This document shows, piece by piece, positions 51,701 through 64,000 of a DNA stretch of 64,000 nucleotides; the stretch's first letter is position 1, and every line of letters starts with the position of its first letter. This stretch comes from Malacoraja senta. Taxonomy: Eukaryota. The notes beneath the pieces are model-generated. The model had not been told where the DNA came from and made no database searches. It saw only the letters and a program-made list of their open reading frames with translations. The stretch covers positions 21,764,001-21,828,000 of the forward strand of contig CM075987.1 of the NCBI GenBank assembly GCA_038087875.1, in the 5' to 3' direction. The position numbers and the translations under genes are program-made.

Positions 51701-54700
51701 AAGATTTCATACAGTCACTGAATTTTTAGACATCAAATTCCTTTAAGCTATGCATAGAGAATACAAGACAATTGAAATCTTGGCTAAATCAACAAAGTGT
51801 AAAGGAGGCTCTCAATGGAGAGAAAGGTGGAGAGGTTGAAGGGTTAGGGAGGGGATTTCTGAGTTCAATGTTAAAACAGCCTAGAATGTTGCACTTCTGT
51901 ATTTATCTATGTTGGAGGGGATTTTCTGTTTAACCTGTACCCTGAATCTGGCTTCATGTGGGGCCCAGTTGATCCTATTAATTACAGCTCAGATAGGAAC
52001 AGACACAAATAACATCTCGTAGAACAATGCTGAGTTTCTCAAACTAGTCGGTTTATCCAAAGGCTTAATAGTTGTATACTTAGTATAAGTGTAAATTGTG
52101 CCTAGTGTGTGTAGGATAGTGTTAATGTGCGGGGATCGCTGGTTGGTGCGGACTCAGTGGACCGAAGGGCCTGTTTCCGCGCTGTATTTCTTAAGCTAAC
52201 ACTAAAACAATGATTACGTGTGGATTTGACATCTTTGAAGCAATTCACCACTGATCAACGTTTAACATCCGGTTTCCTGTTACATGTGGAATTTATACCT
52301 GAAATTAATTTAATCACCTCTCCTAACATCCTTAATTGTTGGCTTCTTTTCCCATCGTGGTTTCCCAATATGCAAGCTCTCAGGTTAAACATGTTACAAA
52401 CTACTCATCTTTCTTATAATTTTCAGAATTTCTATTAGATAAAAGTTAGACATTAAATGCAGATACCATAAAAATGTAGAAACTTGAAACATAGGAACAG
52501 GCTATCTGGGCCACGAAGTCCATGTCAAAGCTTCTGGCCAAATAGGATATTCGCATTTATGCTCAATTAAATTATATTCTCATGTAAGAATACTTTGAAA
52601 GGGATGGAATTGTGCACTTGAACAAAAAGCAGACATGTTTATGGTGGAAAAGTAAAAAGTATAAAAGACCATTTACGCTACATATCAATGGATTTCAACA
52701 CTTGTTTACTGCTGCTGGTAAACAAGACATACCTTCTTCATTTTCCTTTTCTGTTCCATCCTCTTGTAGATTCAATCCCTTTATAACCTCCGAGAGCTCT
52801 CTCAAAGATACTGTTTTGGCATTCTCATTCTCCAAACCTGAATATGAAAGATGCAGTGAAAGTAAAACAAAATACCATCAATTAGATGGTGATCCCAAGA
52901 CTGACAAAAACAAATACTTGTCAATTCAAACATGCCCGCACTGACCATTAAACACCCGTTTACACAAATCCTACATTTTATTTACTCCACGATGCACAAG
53001 AACCTCGTGTTGACCCTATGCCACAACCATTTTAGCAGTTTGGCATAGCTAGAAAGAAACACAAGCTACTTGTGGCTCTTGGGTAAAAGAAAGATTGAGA
53101 AGAGGCTAGTATGGAAGATAAACACTTGCAGTCAAAATGAATAATCTACTTGCACTCTCAGTGTAATAGAATTCCATGAAATTAAGAACAAATTATCTTT
53201 CCACCCATATTGTGAATTTGTTCATCTATAAACTGGAAACAACTCAATGGGCCAAGCACTTGGTTATATACACAATGCAGACCTTTCCACTCACATGGAC
53301 TGTCAGCTGCTCCCTTATCATCACTTGTCACATGACTCTGTCTCTTTAATGGCTTTAAACTCTCAGTTTTCCCATCCTGCAATAAAAATACAGATGATGT
53401 TGCGCCACTGTTGGTCTGGTGGAACATTATACCAATATGGCAAAAGTGGAATGCTTCAAGCATATTGGAATTTTTGTAGTTAACATTTAGATTCTAATTA
53501 ATACCTAAAAGATGACCAAAGGAGCAGAGAGAGGCATGAAGGAGCCATTCAGCTATTTAAGTCGTAGTATCTATGTAAAGCCACCCAGCTAGTACCTCTT
53601 TGCCTCATAGTTCGGCACATACTTTGCTTTCAGATACTTATTCACCTCCCTTTTCAATGTTCCAATTGAATTCACTCGCGCTACTGCCATTGGCTGCACC
53701 TTCAGGCCTCCAACCACTAGCTATATGAAGCTTTTGGTTGTTTTTTATTATTCACCTTCATTCCATGTCATCTAGGTCTTGATCATGCCAAGAGTAAACA
53801 GTTGTTTACCTATATTATACCTCAAATATATTATATCCAAATTATCCATCAAATGTATTGCCACTGGAATCATTTTGTTAAATTTATTTTTGCAGCCTTG
53901 TACATCTTTCCTGGAAGTTTGGTTTCATGTTCTTATTGCTCTTTGGCTCTGTAGTCACGTTCGAAAAGATGCCAGCGTTCAGCAATGTCTGAATCAAAGG
54001 TAAGAGGGCTCGGACGGCGACATGAATTTGCCATAATGGAGATAAAGAGGACACAAAATAATCAAAAGAAAATAAAACCCGATAAACATGAACGGAGTGG
54101 GCAAGATTCACTGTCTGACACCATGTAATGATGAGACACGAACACACACTAAGATTCAACACATGTTTATTAAATCACTTCCAGCATAGGATCTGCATGC
54201 GTTACAGCTCCGAGCTGCAACATCTACTAGCTAGCGTAAGCAAGCACTTGATACTATAAAGCACATACCAGGCGGAGCTACTACTAACAAGCATTATAGC
54301 CAATCTACAGGCTCCATTTAGAAATCCCAAGATCCCCTCACTTCAAAACTCTCAAACTTTACACACACATCGCTGGATTTCAGTTCTTTAGGCCTTGTGA
54401 TTTATAATGCCTCTTATTGTTCCGACCAAAATACTTCACATTTCCCTGCCTCTTTCCCACCTATATCCCTTGGAAGTCTGTTCTGCCTCACAAGTCACTA
54501 AGCCTCTAAATTGCGCCATCTGCACCTTGTACACCCAAACCCAACTTCAACACTGAAAAGTAGTGGTCCTCGTACAAGCCCAGGGAAATGTAAAGTGCAT
54601 GTACCTCGCGTTGAACAAAATATTTCACTACCAATCCAAGCTACAACAGCCTAATTTCACAGGTTGTGTGACAAAGCCTGTCTTGGTGACAGACTTACTA

Positions 54701-57700
54701 AGTCACACTTTATCATACACCTTTTGGAAGTCATATAAAGAAACCACATTTCCTTCTACCATTGTACTTCATAAACTATAAAATGATTTGACTTAAACAA
54801 ATTCTGACTGGCTAGTGTATTATGCGTCTCTCAAAAAGTATCTATGCTAAATGAAGTGAATTCTTTGCACCTGTAAATTATACCATTTAAATAAACATCC
54901 AGCAAATTTTACCTTTCTTGATGGTGCTGCAGTTGCCGAGTTGCTGCATAGTTCATTCCCATCTGCAGGACATGACAGGGGAGGGGATACGGCTGGTGTT
55001 TCAGTTGATTGTCCTTTTCCGACTGTTTTTTAAAAAAAAGTCAAAATTAGCTCACTGCTCTTCCAACTCCACAGTCGTCCCACTTTGAAAAAAAAAATGC
55101 TGCAAAGGAGAAGTTGTTATAATCTCCAATTGTAGTTTCATGCTTTGGAAGACACAAGCAGTTTATATCGAAAAATTCCTGACTGTGACTATAATGTGGT
55201 TGAGCTCAACATTATATTTAAAAGAAAGAAACACAAAGCACCCATTAAGATTCATGATTAAATCAAGAACAAACTGCAAAAGGTACGGCACTGTTTACAG
55301 GTTTAGATTTAATATTGTCACGTTATTTTTTTAAATTTTTTTTTTTTTTTTTAGAGGCAATTGTACAAGAATAAAACATTTGGCATGTAAAATTATACAA
55401 TTATTGTACAGCTTCAATTTTGACCTTTTAACCTGAAAATGAGGGAAAAGAAGAGAGAAAGAACAAGAGAGGGAAAAAGGGAAAAGTGAAAAGATAGGAC
55501 CCCTAGACTACCAAAGTAGTGTGGCCAAAGAGTGAATAAAGATGTAAGAGAGGAAAAGGAAAAAAAAAAGAAAAAAAAGAAAAAAAGTGGTGATATACCT
55601 GCCCCTCGTCCCCCCCGCCCACCTCACCCAACCCATAGTTGGATTTAAATCCATATTTGTGTTGCGTCATACTATCCTTGTAAGAATTCGATATTGTCAC
55701 ATGTTATGAGGTAGAGTGAAAAGTTTTTTGCATGTTATCCAAACAGATCAGATATACGATACATAGACACTATCAATTCAAACTCAAGAACAATAGATAG
55801 AGCAAAAGGGAAAGATAACACATGATATATGCTAATGAATAATCGACAATCAATGCACAGTGCTAAAAAAAAAAAACTTTATCTGAAAGGGGCTGATACC
55901 CTGCACAACCTGATGGCAAGAAACATGGAGTAATATAATCTGCAAATATATGAGGAAGAAAAAAAGTGGCAAAACAGGTCGCAAGCTCCACAAAAGACAG
56001 TGAAAAGGAAACTTGACAAATCTTTAAATTAAACCACAAAGAATAAGCAAAGCAATATGTGACCTACTAACTGAAACTCTTCCTGCTCTGGTGGACCAAT
56101 AAACCAAGTGAGCCGGTGGAGTTCTACAGGGACCTGTGCTGTGATCTCCGTTGTTTGGGATATGCATGATATGAAGACTGGAATACAAAATCAGAGATGT
56201 AATGCTGAGGCTCGATAAGGCGCTGGTCAGGCCGCATTTGGAGTACTGTGAGCAAATATGGGCCCCATATCTGAGGAAGGATGTGCTGGCGCTGGGGAGG
56301 GTCCAGAGGAGGTTTACAAGAATGATTCCAGGATTGAGTGGGTTAGCATATGATGAGCGTTTGACAGCACTGGGCCTCTACTCGCTGGAGTTTAGAAGGT
56401 TGATCGGTGACCTCATTGAAACTACAGAATAATGAAAGGCATAGAGTGGATGTTGAAAGGATGTTTCCACTGGTGGGAGAGTCTAGGACCAGAGGTCATG
56501 ACCTCAGAATTAAAGGGCACTTTTTTAGAAATGAGATAAGGAGGAACTTCTTTAGTCAGCGGGTAGTTAATCTGTGGAACTCATTGCTACAGAGGGCTTT
56601 GGAGGCTAAGTTCATGGTTATTTTTAAGGTGGAGATAGACAAGTTCTTGATTAGAATGGGTGTCAAGGGTTATGGGGAGGTATAAATGGGAATAGGAGGC
56701 AGAGATCAGCCATGATTGAATGTTGGAGTAGACTCGATGGGTCAAATGGCCTAATTCTACGCCTATAACTTGTATATAAATGATTTGGACATAGACGGGG
56801 GTTGGTTAGCAAATTTGCAGATGACACCAAGATTGTGGGGGTTACTGTGTGGAAGCTGTCAAATACACAATGGGATATAGAGCCACCTCAGAAATGGTCA
56901 GACATATAGCAGATGGAATTTAATCCAAGCAAATGTGAAGTGTTGCATTTTGAGAAGTCACCATCGTTAACCAGGGCATTAGGGCCAGGAAATCATGATG
57001 CAACTTCATAAGACTTTGTTTTGGCTGCATTTAATTTTGGAGTATTGCATGCTGTTCTGGTTATCCCAATGGAGGAAGGATGTGGGGCTTTGGAAAGGTG
57101 CAGAGGTTTACCAAAATGGTGCCCAGATTAGGGAAAGATTAGACAGACTTGGATTGGTTTCGCTGTAACATCGAAGGTTGAGGGGAGATCTGATACAAGT
57201 ACATAAAATGATGAGAGGTAAAGATAGGGAAGACATTCAGAACCTTTGTCCCAGGATACAAATATCAAATACTAGTGGGCATAGATTTAAGGCGAGAGAG
57301 ACAAAGGTACAGGGAATGGAGGGATATGGTTTATGTGCAACAGATAAGAGTTTAAATTAGCATTATGTGCGACACCGACATTGTGGGTTGAAGGACCTTT
57401 TCTTGTGCTGTACTGTTTTATGTTTATCAACCACATTCACCGATTGCTTGTGACCAAGGAAGCGAATTATGGGCATGATTCAATTCCAACATGTCCTAGC
57501 TTTGACAGAGATATGCAAGGATCTGTCCAGATTTGCATTAATGTATTTACATTACTACAGCGTTTTAACAATAATTGCACCTGCAGAGTACATTTAGCAT
57601 AATAGAAGATCTCACATAGTTTCCAAACTGTTTATATACATTGAGCCAAGGCGATACATTATATATACATTGAGCCAAGGGGATCCTACATGGACCATGA

Positions 57701-60700
57701 ATTAGCTGTGATATACATACCAGGTGTACTGTGGACTCTAACAGTTAGGCAAGAGCTACTGTGGGATGTTTCATGAAGGCTTGTTGGGGAAAGTCCTCTT
57801 GAGGAGGGGGGAGTGGACAGCCCACAAGCTGAAGATGGGCTCCAGAACACATCCTAAAATGGAGACAAATTAAGCATGTTTTAAAATTCATTTTTAGGAA
57901 CAGGATGTCACACACTAGGCCAGTATGCATCTTTAATACCAAGGCAGCAATCAAGGCAGCAATATCAAGGCAGCAATATCAAGGCAGCAATATCAAGGCA
58001 GCAATCATGAGATGCCTTCTGTAACCACGTCATTCCTTCTGCTGAAAGTATTTACTCTAGTGTCTGGCCAATCATGACCCCCAGGATGTTGATAGTGGTG
58101 ATGGCAATACCAGGCTTGTCACCAAAATACTTCTTAAGTGATCAATGCCTGGAGTTTTTGTTATGTGAATGTTACTTGACCAGTCTCGACCAGCCATGCA
58201 TTCAAGTGGGGACTCAACTTACCTGCAGCCCTTCTGCAGGAAGGCGTTGTGAAGTTGGTGGTGTTCTGTACTGTGACTGAGATCCTGGGAGACTGGAGAA
58301 TGGACCTCTGGAGATGTAAGTTGTAGAAGATGCACTGCCTGCAATGGAGTCAACAGCAAGGTGTTAAACTCAGTAAAAAATATTAGAGAGTCATACAGAA
58401 CAGAAACGGGTCCCTCGGCCCACAATGTCCTTGATAACCAATATACCCATTTTTACTAAAATGGTACCCACATTTGGTCTATAGCCTTATATGCCTTCAG
58501 GATTATCTGAGAAATTCAGGCACTTAAAAACCACAGAGTCGATGAAGAACAGATTTTTTTTATCTCTTTTGACCTGGATCGATCCAATGTGAGAATAATA
58601 CAAAGAACTGAAATATTGTTGAATGCCATTAATGATTGACATGACGTCTTAAATGTATTAAAGGTATGAGGAGTAAAGCCCGAGATTTATGGGTAGATGT
58701 ACATAGAACAAGGGGCTGCATTACCAGACTGAACCGGAGACACCTGCAACATTTAAGATTAGAGAAATAGGCAGGTAAAGGGAATATCAAAACAAAATTG
58801 GCATAGAGCTGCTGGTCACATGCAAACCAATCACAAATTTGGACAGACAATTTCTGTACAATGTTATGAAATTAAAAGGTTCCGTACTTACCAAAGCTGC
58901 TCTGAGAATCTGAGAATGGGCTGGAGCTGTGGTCAGTGTGCTTGTGTTGGCTATGTGTAGAGAAATGTTTCGGCATGATTGTATAACCTTCTTCACAGGA
59001 TGCCTCTTTTGGGTCGAGGGAAACTTTGGCACATTCTATAACAATGTCATGAGTTTCAAATCTCTTCCATCTATGCAACAGAACAGGAAACAGAACCGTT
59101 AACCACCACTAATCACATTTGATTAGGTAAGACAAAGGGGAACAAATGTTGCCTCAAGACGTGCCTGAACCATTCAACTGTTGTGGGATTGAAAGCTTAA
59201 CTGTCATCTCCACAATAAACTCTCATAACTATAGCTTCACTATATTGCTGCAATTGCACTAGATTTCAGTCCTATAAGCTGCTTGGCAGATACTTAAATG
59301 ACAGACAAGAGTCGATCTCTTCATTTCAATTAGCAATTTTACTTTAATAGCTGCAGCACTTTAGGTAAAATGAAAAAGTAGAGAAATACATTTTCTTTTA
59401 AAATGAGAAAGTAGAGAGAAAGCAAAAATTGAGTTCTAGTTCAATGATAACTTTACTCACAGGAGAACTTGCATTTTGATAAGATTATAAATAGACAAAC
59501 TTACACATTGTAATCAATCACTCTAAAATACAGCAAATCTGACTTTTAAACCAAAAAGTGACAACAGGTAATACTGATTGCAATGTCCACACATTTTGAA
59601 ACGATTGCATCAACCCATCCAAGATTAAATGCTTTCTGAGTTGATACATGTTAAAACAAAAACTGAAGGGGTGGGATAGGTCTGTAATGAAGATAAGACT
59701 GTAATATTAAGATTGAAATAAGTCACTTACTTAACAGCATCCAGTTCATTGTCCTTGGTTCCAGTCACTAGCTCGGGGTGGATTCGCACGTGTTCCAGCA
59801 TCGGCTACAACAAAGACATTAGGAATGTAGCAAGTTTACTATCAGTTCGAGAAATAATCTATTAGAGGCACAACGAACTGCAGATACTCGAATCTTGAGC
59901 AAAACATAATGTGCTGGAGGAACTCAGCAGCTCAGGCTGCATTTGTGGATGGAGTGGAAACGCGGTATTTTGGTTGGCAACCTTCTTCAGACCGAAGAGG
60001 GAGCCCCAACCCAAAATAGCGCTTGTCCATCCCCTCTACAGATGCTGTCTGACCCGCCGAGTTCTTCCAGCACTCTGTGTTTTGATCAAGAATCTTTTGT
60101 TGCTTCACAAAAGCCAAGCCAGTCAGTAGGATACTGGTCGGTGTTCCCAACATGGAATCTGGGCTGTGTTAATGTCAACAAATCTAAGTAGAAACTGTGT
60201 AAAACATACCAGTTACAAACTCAGGCTAGGCTGTCATGGAAGATCATTGGCCCAAATAATTTCATTTTTCTATCCACAGCTGCCATTTGGCCTGTGTATT
60301 TCCAGAATTTGTGCTTTACTGCATAGAAACTGTTGTGTTAATTACAGAGAAGGAAAGTTATTGCTTCCAAAATTCAACCAAGGAATTAACAGTTTAGAAG
60401 AATATTGCTTTTTAATTAACAAATACATCTACCAGTGCCCACACAGAAATCGTTCTCTCCTCAAAAGCATTGACCCACTCTGAAGCTGACTGCTTTCATA
60501 TTCACCTTAAGAAAGTTGTGTAACAGCTAGAGTGCGGACAGTGGCATTTAAATAGATGTCAATAGAATCATAGATGTTAGATGTCAAGCTGAGCCTGCCT
60601 TCGCCTTCCACGTCCCAAGTCCAGTCCCCCTCCTTCCATTCTCGGCAAAATCCAGCTGGTCTTTTATGCAGCTTACCATCCATCCCCCATCTCATCATAG

Positions 60701-63700
60701 ATTGTCAATCCTTCCACCATCTTTATCTTGTTTGATCAATTCAACTCCAGTCCCACACCAGTACCCATGTGAAGTGACCAAGCAAGGTGCACAGTTAAAT
60801 CAAAAGCATTTCACCTCCCCATCTGTTTCCAAAGAAAATGCCCTTATTCTTACCTTTACCACCTCCTCAAAAATCTCCACATTTTCCTTCATACTGTAGT
60901 GAGAGCGGAGGTAGGACACAAAGTTGCACGGGTACATCCCATAGAGACGGTGAAACAATGCATAAACACTGGCATGTAGATGAATCAGATACACTTCTGG
61001 CACTTGGCCTGGAATCAATAGAAAAACAATTAGATAAAGGAGATAGTACAACCATTGACATTATCAAACATTGATAACTTTAGAGGTGAACTTCCAAGTT
61101 TTCCTCAGTTCTATTCATTAAAATGAAAAGCACTTCAGAAAGTTTCCTTATTCCCTTTGTATCAATTTGCTTAATAGCAAATTTGTCATTCATAGACTGG
61201 CATTGTTAATTACAGACTTGGGTCAAGTGCTTCTGCATCAGTTTCATTATTCTAATGAGTGATCGATGAAATAAATGCAAGTAGTTGGTAAAAATGTAAT
61301 GTACAGAAAACTGCTGAACTAGGATTATACATCCAAAATATTAATTATTTCTCCCACAGATCTAATGAGAGGAACCAGTATTTCACCCAAGATACACATA
61401 AAGTGCTGGAGTAACTCAGAGGGTCAGGCAGCATCTCTGGAGAAAAGGGGTGGGTGATGTTTTTGGTCAGGTCCCTCCTTCAGTCTGAGATGCTGCCTGA
61501 CACGCTGATTTACTCCAGCATTTTGTTTCTATCTTCGGTATACGATACGATAAAATGTTATTCATACCCGGAGGGAAATTGGTCTGCCGACTGTCACAAT
61601 ACACAAGACACACAAAAACTTGAGATTAAAAGTTAGTTAAAAGTTAATTAAAAAATAGACCAGCATCTGCAATTCCTTTCTACACAGTATTTCACCCATC
61701 AGATTTCCTCATTTAACAAAATGTTGTCTTGTTACAAAAATATATGGACCGCCAAGCATAAAGGCTTAACACCCAAGTTATAGATTAGAATAATTTTGAA
61801 TGTATATTATAAGGCGCCACCTTTGTGTAAACAAAAGACCCTGTAGCCACCATTTTGCATGAATACAGGGGATTCCTCCCAGTCCCCTGGCTAATATTTA
61901 TCCCTCTACTTGCACCATGAAAATAAATAGGTCTGCTCATTTTCAATGTTAGAATACTAAAAATCGGCTGCTAGGCAGGCTTTCATCACAAAAAGTAGTT
62001 TGGATATCCTAAAACAATGAAAGGACTTGCGCAAATCCAAGTTCTTCTTTCCAGAGTGCAAAGATCAAGCCACCCCATCTCCCAACTTTCGAAACTGCCC
62101 ATAGTATCCCCAAATTAGTTAACCTTGAGTACGTAAATGAGACTGCCATTTCAAATACTCGTACCTACTGACTAGAGTCCGAACTCCTAAATCTCCGTTC
62201 TGTTCACTAAACTTAGCCCAAAGAAGATTTTTGTTACAGTACTGTTACAATAAAAGTCTACTAGGTCTTCTAAAGAAGGTGGAAAAAAAGGCGTTTGGTA
62301 ACCCACACTCCCAAATCCCTCAAGCAGAAGTGCAAGGCCATCACTCTTTGTGTTACATCAGCATACCTGGATTCCGCAGGTTCCAGGCTGCCAAGCGACC
62401 AAAAATTTCAAAGAAATCAAGGAGATACTGCTTCCCAGCCTGCGGGATCATTGGCAGGAGGATGATTAATACAAGAACTCCAGTAGTCAGGAATACAACC
62501 TCCGTGTCCGTCTGTAGAGAAGATCAAATTAACAAAGGCAGACCATGAGAAATTTAAGAGATTGGATAACAAAACATGAATGGCATCCCTCAATGCCCGA
62601 GGCAATGAGAATAGTTTTAAAATAATGCTTCTGTTACATTTTAGCAATCAGAAGCCTGCTCACTGGCTTGATCTGTCCATTTAATAAGATCATAGACGAT
62701 TTGTATTTACCCAGTCTGTATGCTTATGATTCCAGATGCTTTAATAATCACACCCCATAAATCCAAGGATTTAATAATCATATCCCATAAATCCAACCCC
62801 AAATTGACAACTTTCTGGAAGACATGATTCCAGTTTACCACATGACTTTACCAGGCACAGAAAAGCCTTTTCCCCCCCGAAACCCTAGCATTAAAATACA
62901 CAAAATCTGATGCGTCAGCTGTAACTCAATGGGCAACACTCAGAATCACAAGGTTGCAGGTACAGGCCCCACTTAATGTACTCTAGTACACAATGCAGGC
63001 AGACATTTCCATGCAGTAACAAAGGAATAGTGCAGTGTCAGGAGGTACTGTCTATCCCATTTGTGGATTCTGAAGACTAGAGAGGTCTTCCATGTCCTGC
63101 CCAATATTTATCCAAACACCACAGCATAACTCAACCAGGTTTCTTGGTCATTAGCAAAACAAGTGCTGGAGGAACTCAGCAGGTCAGGCAGCATCTGTGG
63201 AGGGAATGGACAGGAGATGTTTCGGATCAGGATCCTTCTTCAGAACGATACCAGGTCATTGCCTCACTGAAGCCCTTGAGATAATGTATATTATTATTTT
63301 TTTAAATTACCCAGTGACCAATGACCAAAGACCAAAGAGTTGTTTTGGCCAAAGAACTTTGGTATTCTCCAAGACATCCAAGAGCAAAAAATACTTTTCA
63401 GGCAAGGGACAAAAACAAGTCACAGACTCATCTATATAAAATATCATTCAGAGACAATCCAGTCTGATTATTTGGAAGCGTCCAATTGGAAATCAAAAGG
63501 ATATGGGGGCTATGAGGATTGAGAGAGAAGGGGAGGAAAGGAGATCTGACTTTATATTCAGATTATTTCAAAATCTTCATGGACAAAATGACGAAGTAAG
63601 CCACTCAAGTCCACTAGTAACGCAATTATAATTTAAATCCATACTCTGCCATCGTTAAGCAGGTAAGTCATTGTGAAAGCACATCTTGTGTGGAAACATG

Positions 63701-63933
63701 AAATAAGATAGAAACACTGGGGGCATGAAGAGAAAAATAAAGTTCAGTTAAAGAAGATTTAAAAATTATGAATACTGAACCTTCAGACACTTGAGCAGTG
63801 AAACCAGCACAGGTGCACGGCAGAGTTTATGAATCCAAGTTGGTTCGCGTCGGATAACGTGACCCAATAATGTTACGGCAGATAGTCGAGTGACTGCCTT
63901 CCCCATGCACTCGTTTAGTCGATCCAAAAGATG
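36300..63933 (-). CDS. TSC1: Hamartin (TSC complex subunit 1), last 19 coding exons; 5' exons outside window
   Basis: 19 GT-AG exons summing to 3297 nt in frame. Motifs [71 protein letters not shown]. Confidence 0.96.
36848..37079 (-). mobile_element. HE1-like V-SINE with internal deletion
   Basis: Reverse complement of a tRNA-like head and CR1-type (ctaaa)n tail, as at 13007. Confidence 0.8.
38110..38745 (+). mobile_element. Penelope-like element 3' remnant (GIY-YIG endonuclease C-terminus plus terminal repeat)
   Basis: 38110-38262 translates to [50 protein letters not shown], followed by a pyrimidine-rich UTR and two copies of the window's abundant short repeat. Confidence 0.8.
38792..38950 (-). 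CDS. TSC1: TSC1 exon
   Basis: [32 protein letters not shown]... Confidence 0.92.
39161..39354 (-). CDS. TSC1: TSC1 exon
   Basis: AAETEMVQ...[24 protein letters not shown]. Confidence 0.9.
40519..40641 (-). CDS. TSC1: TSC1 exon
   Basis: [30 protein letters not shown]... Confidence 0.92.
43483..43593 (-). CDS. TSC1: TSC1 exon
   Basis: [37 protein letters not shown]. Confidence 0.92.
44843..45025 (-). CDS. TSC1: TSC1 exon
   Basis: [18 protein letters not shown]...SCQELQ. Confidence 0.92.
45800..45932 (+). mobile_element. ~140-bp short retroposon with HDV-like head, copy 2 (core mutated)
   Basis: Starts at GGGGTGG; flanked by near-perfect TSD atttacagcaat (45788-99) / atttacagcatt (45934-45). 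Confidence 0.8.
46279..46445 (-). CDS. TSC1: TSC1 exon
   Basis: [42 protein letters not shown]... Confidence 0.94.
47541..47584 (-). CDS. TSC1: TSC1 44-bp exon
   Basis: [14 protein letters not shown]. Confidence 0.92.
50972..51566 (-). CDS. TSC1: TSC1 large central exon
   Basis: [11 protein letters not shown]...GGFDSPF...FTPSP...[12 protein letters not shown]...[16 protein letters not shown]. Confidence 0.93.
52733..52837 (-). CDS. TSC1: TSC1 exon
   Basis: [34 protein letters not shown]. Confidence 0.85.
53295..53376 (-). CDS. TSC1: TSC1 exon
   Basis: [27 protein letters not shown]; phase-compatible, GTGAGT donor. Confidence 0.8.
54913..55022 (-). CDS. TSC1: TSC1 exon
   Basis: [21 protein letters not shown]...AAPSRK. 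Confidence 0.82.
56176..57425 (+). mobile_element. Two tandem CR1 3' fragments
   Basis: [22 protein letters not shown]..., [11 protein letters not shown]...RVVNLWNSL; second decayed copy with KFADDTK. Confidence 0.85.
57721..57853 (-). CDS. TSC1: TSC1 exon
   Basis: [23 protein letters not shown]...HSTP. Confidence 0.88.
57940..58006. repeat. Minisatellite, 12-14-bp unit caaggcagcaat(at) x5
   Basis: Direct reading. Confidence 0.9.
58223..58338 (-). CDS. TSC1: TSC1 exon
   Basis: [39 protein letters not shown]. Confidence 0.85.
58892..59070 (-). CDS. TSC1: TSC1 exon
   Basis: [29 protein letters not shown]... Confidence 0.93.
59731..59804 (-). CDS. TSC1: TSC1 exon
   Basis: [24 protein letters not shown]. 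Confidence 0.93.
59866..60095. mobile_element. Penelope-derived short repeat, inverted pair
   Basis: Self-complementary arms around ccttcttcagaccgaagaggg; similar pairs near 12282-12495, 25817-26010, 32722-32895, 34390-34560, 48526-48706 and 61390-61686. Confidence 0.7.
60854..61008 (-). CDS. TSC1: TSC1 exon
   Basis: [52 protein letters not shown]. Confidence 0.95.
62367..62511 (-). CDS. TSC1: TSC1 exon
   Basis: [48 protein letters not shown]. Confidence 0.95.
63781..63933 (-). CDS. TSC1: TSC1 exon (most 5' in window)
   Basis: [51 protein letters not shown]. Confidence 0.94.
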
Positions 63934-64000
63934 CTGAAAAAAGAAAGAAGTGGACTGAATTCTGGAGACTCCCCCAATTTACCCACCAAATTTGGATTAA

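Noticed and set aside
53905..53990. Phase-compatible open segment that could be an alternative TSC1 exon
   Set aside because: Weak donor (GTACAA) and no resemblance to hamartin; needs RNA-seq.
57633..57681. Short local duplications (19 bp here; also 29111-29146 and 25722-25748)
   Set aside because: Ordinary slippage duplications; no spacer structure, not CRISPR-like.

Overview
Vertebrate genomic DNA, almost certainly from a cartilaginous fish (skate/ray-type repeat content: HE1-like V-SINEs, CR1, Rex1/Babar and Penelope-derived repeats). Three spliced genes lie in tandem on the minus strand: the 3' 19 coding exons of TSC1 (63933-36300), the complete 11-exon GTF3C5 (32467-10900, 539 aa) and the first four exons of a CEL/bile-salt-activated lipase (4601-541). 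All exon boundaries were read by eye as GT-AG with consistent phase. GTF3C5 introns carry a full-length but decayed DIRS1-type tyrosine-recombinase retrotransposon (with a nested CR1 LINE) and a near-intact DD34E Tc1 element. The most notable observation is a ~140-bp retroposon present twice, whose 5' 54 nt fold into a minimal HDV/CPEB3-like self-cleaving ribozyme. The copy with an intact core lies in the sense strand of GTF3C5 intron 5. A high-copy Penelope-derived repeat with a hammerhead-like core is also scattered across the window.
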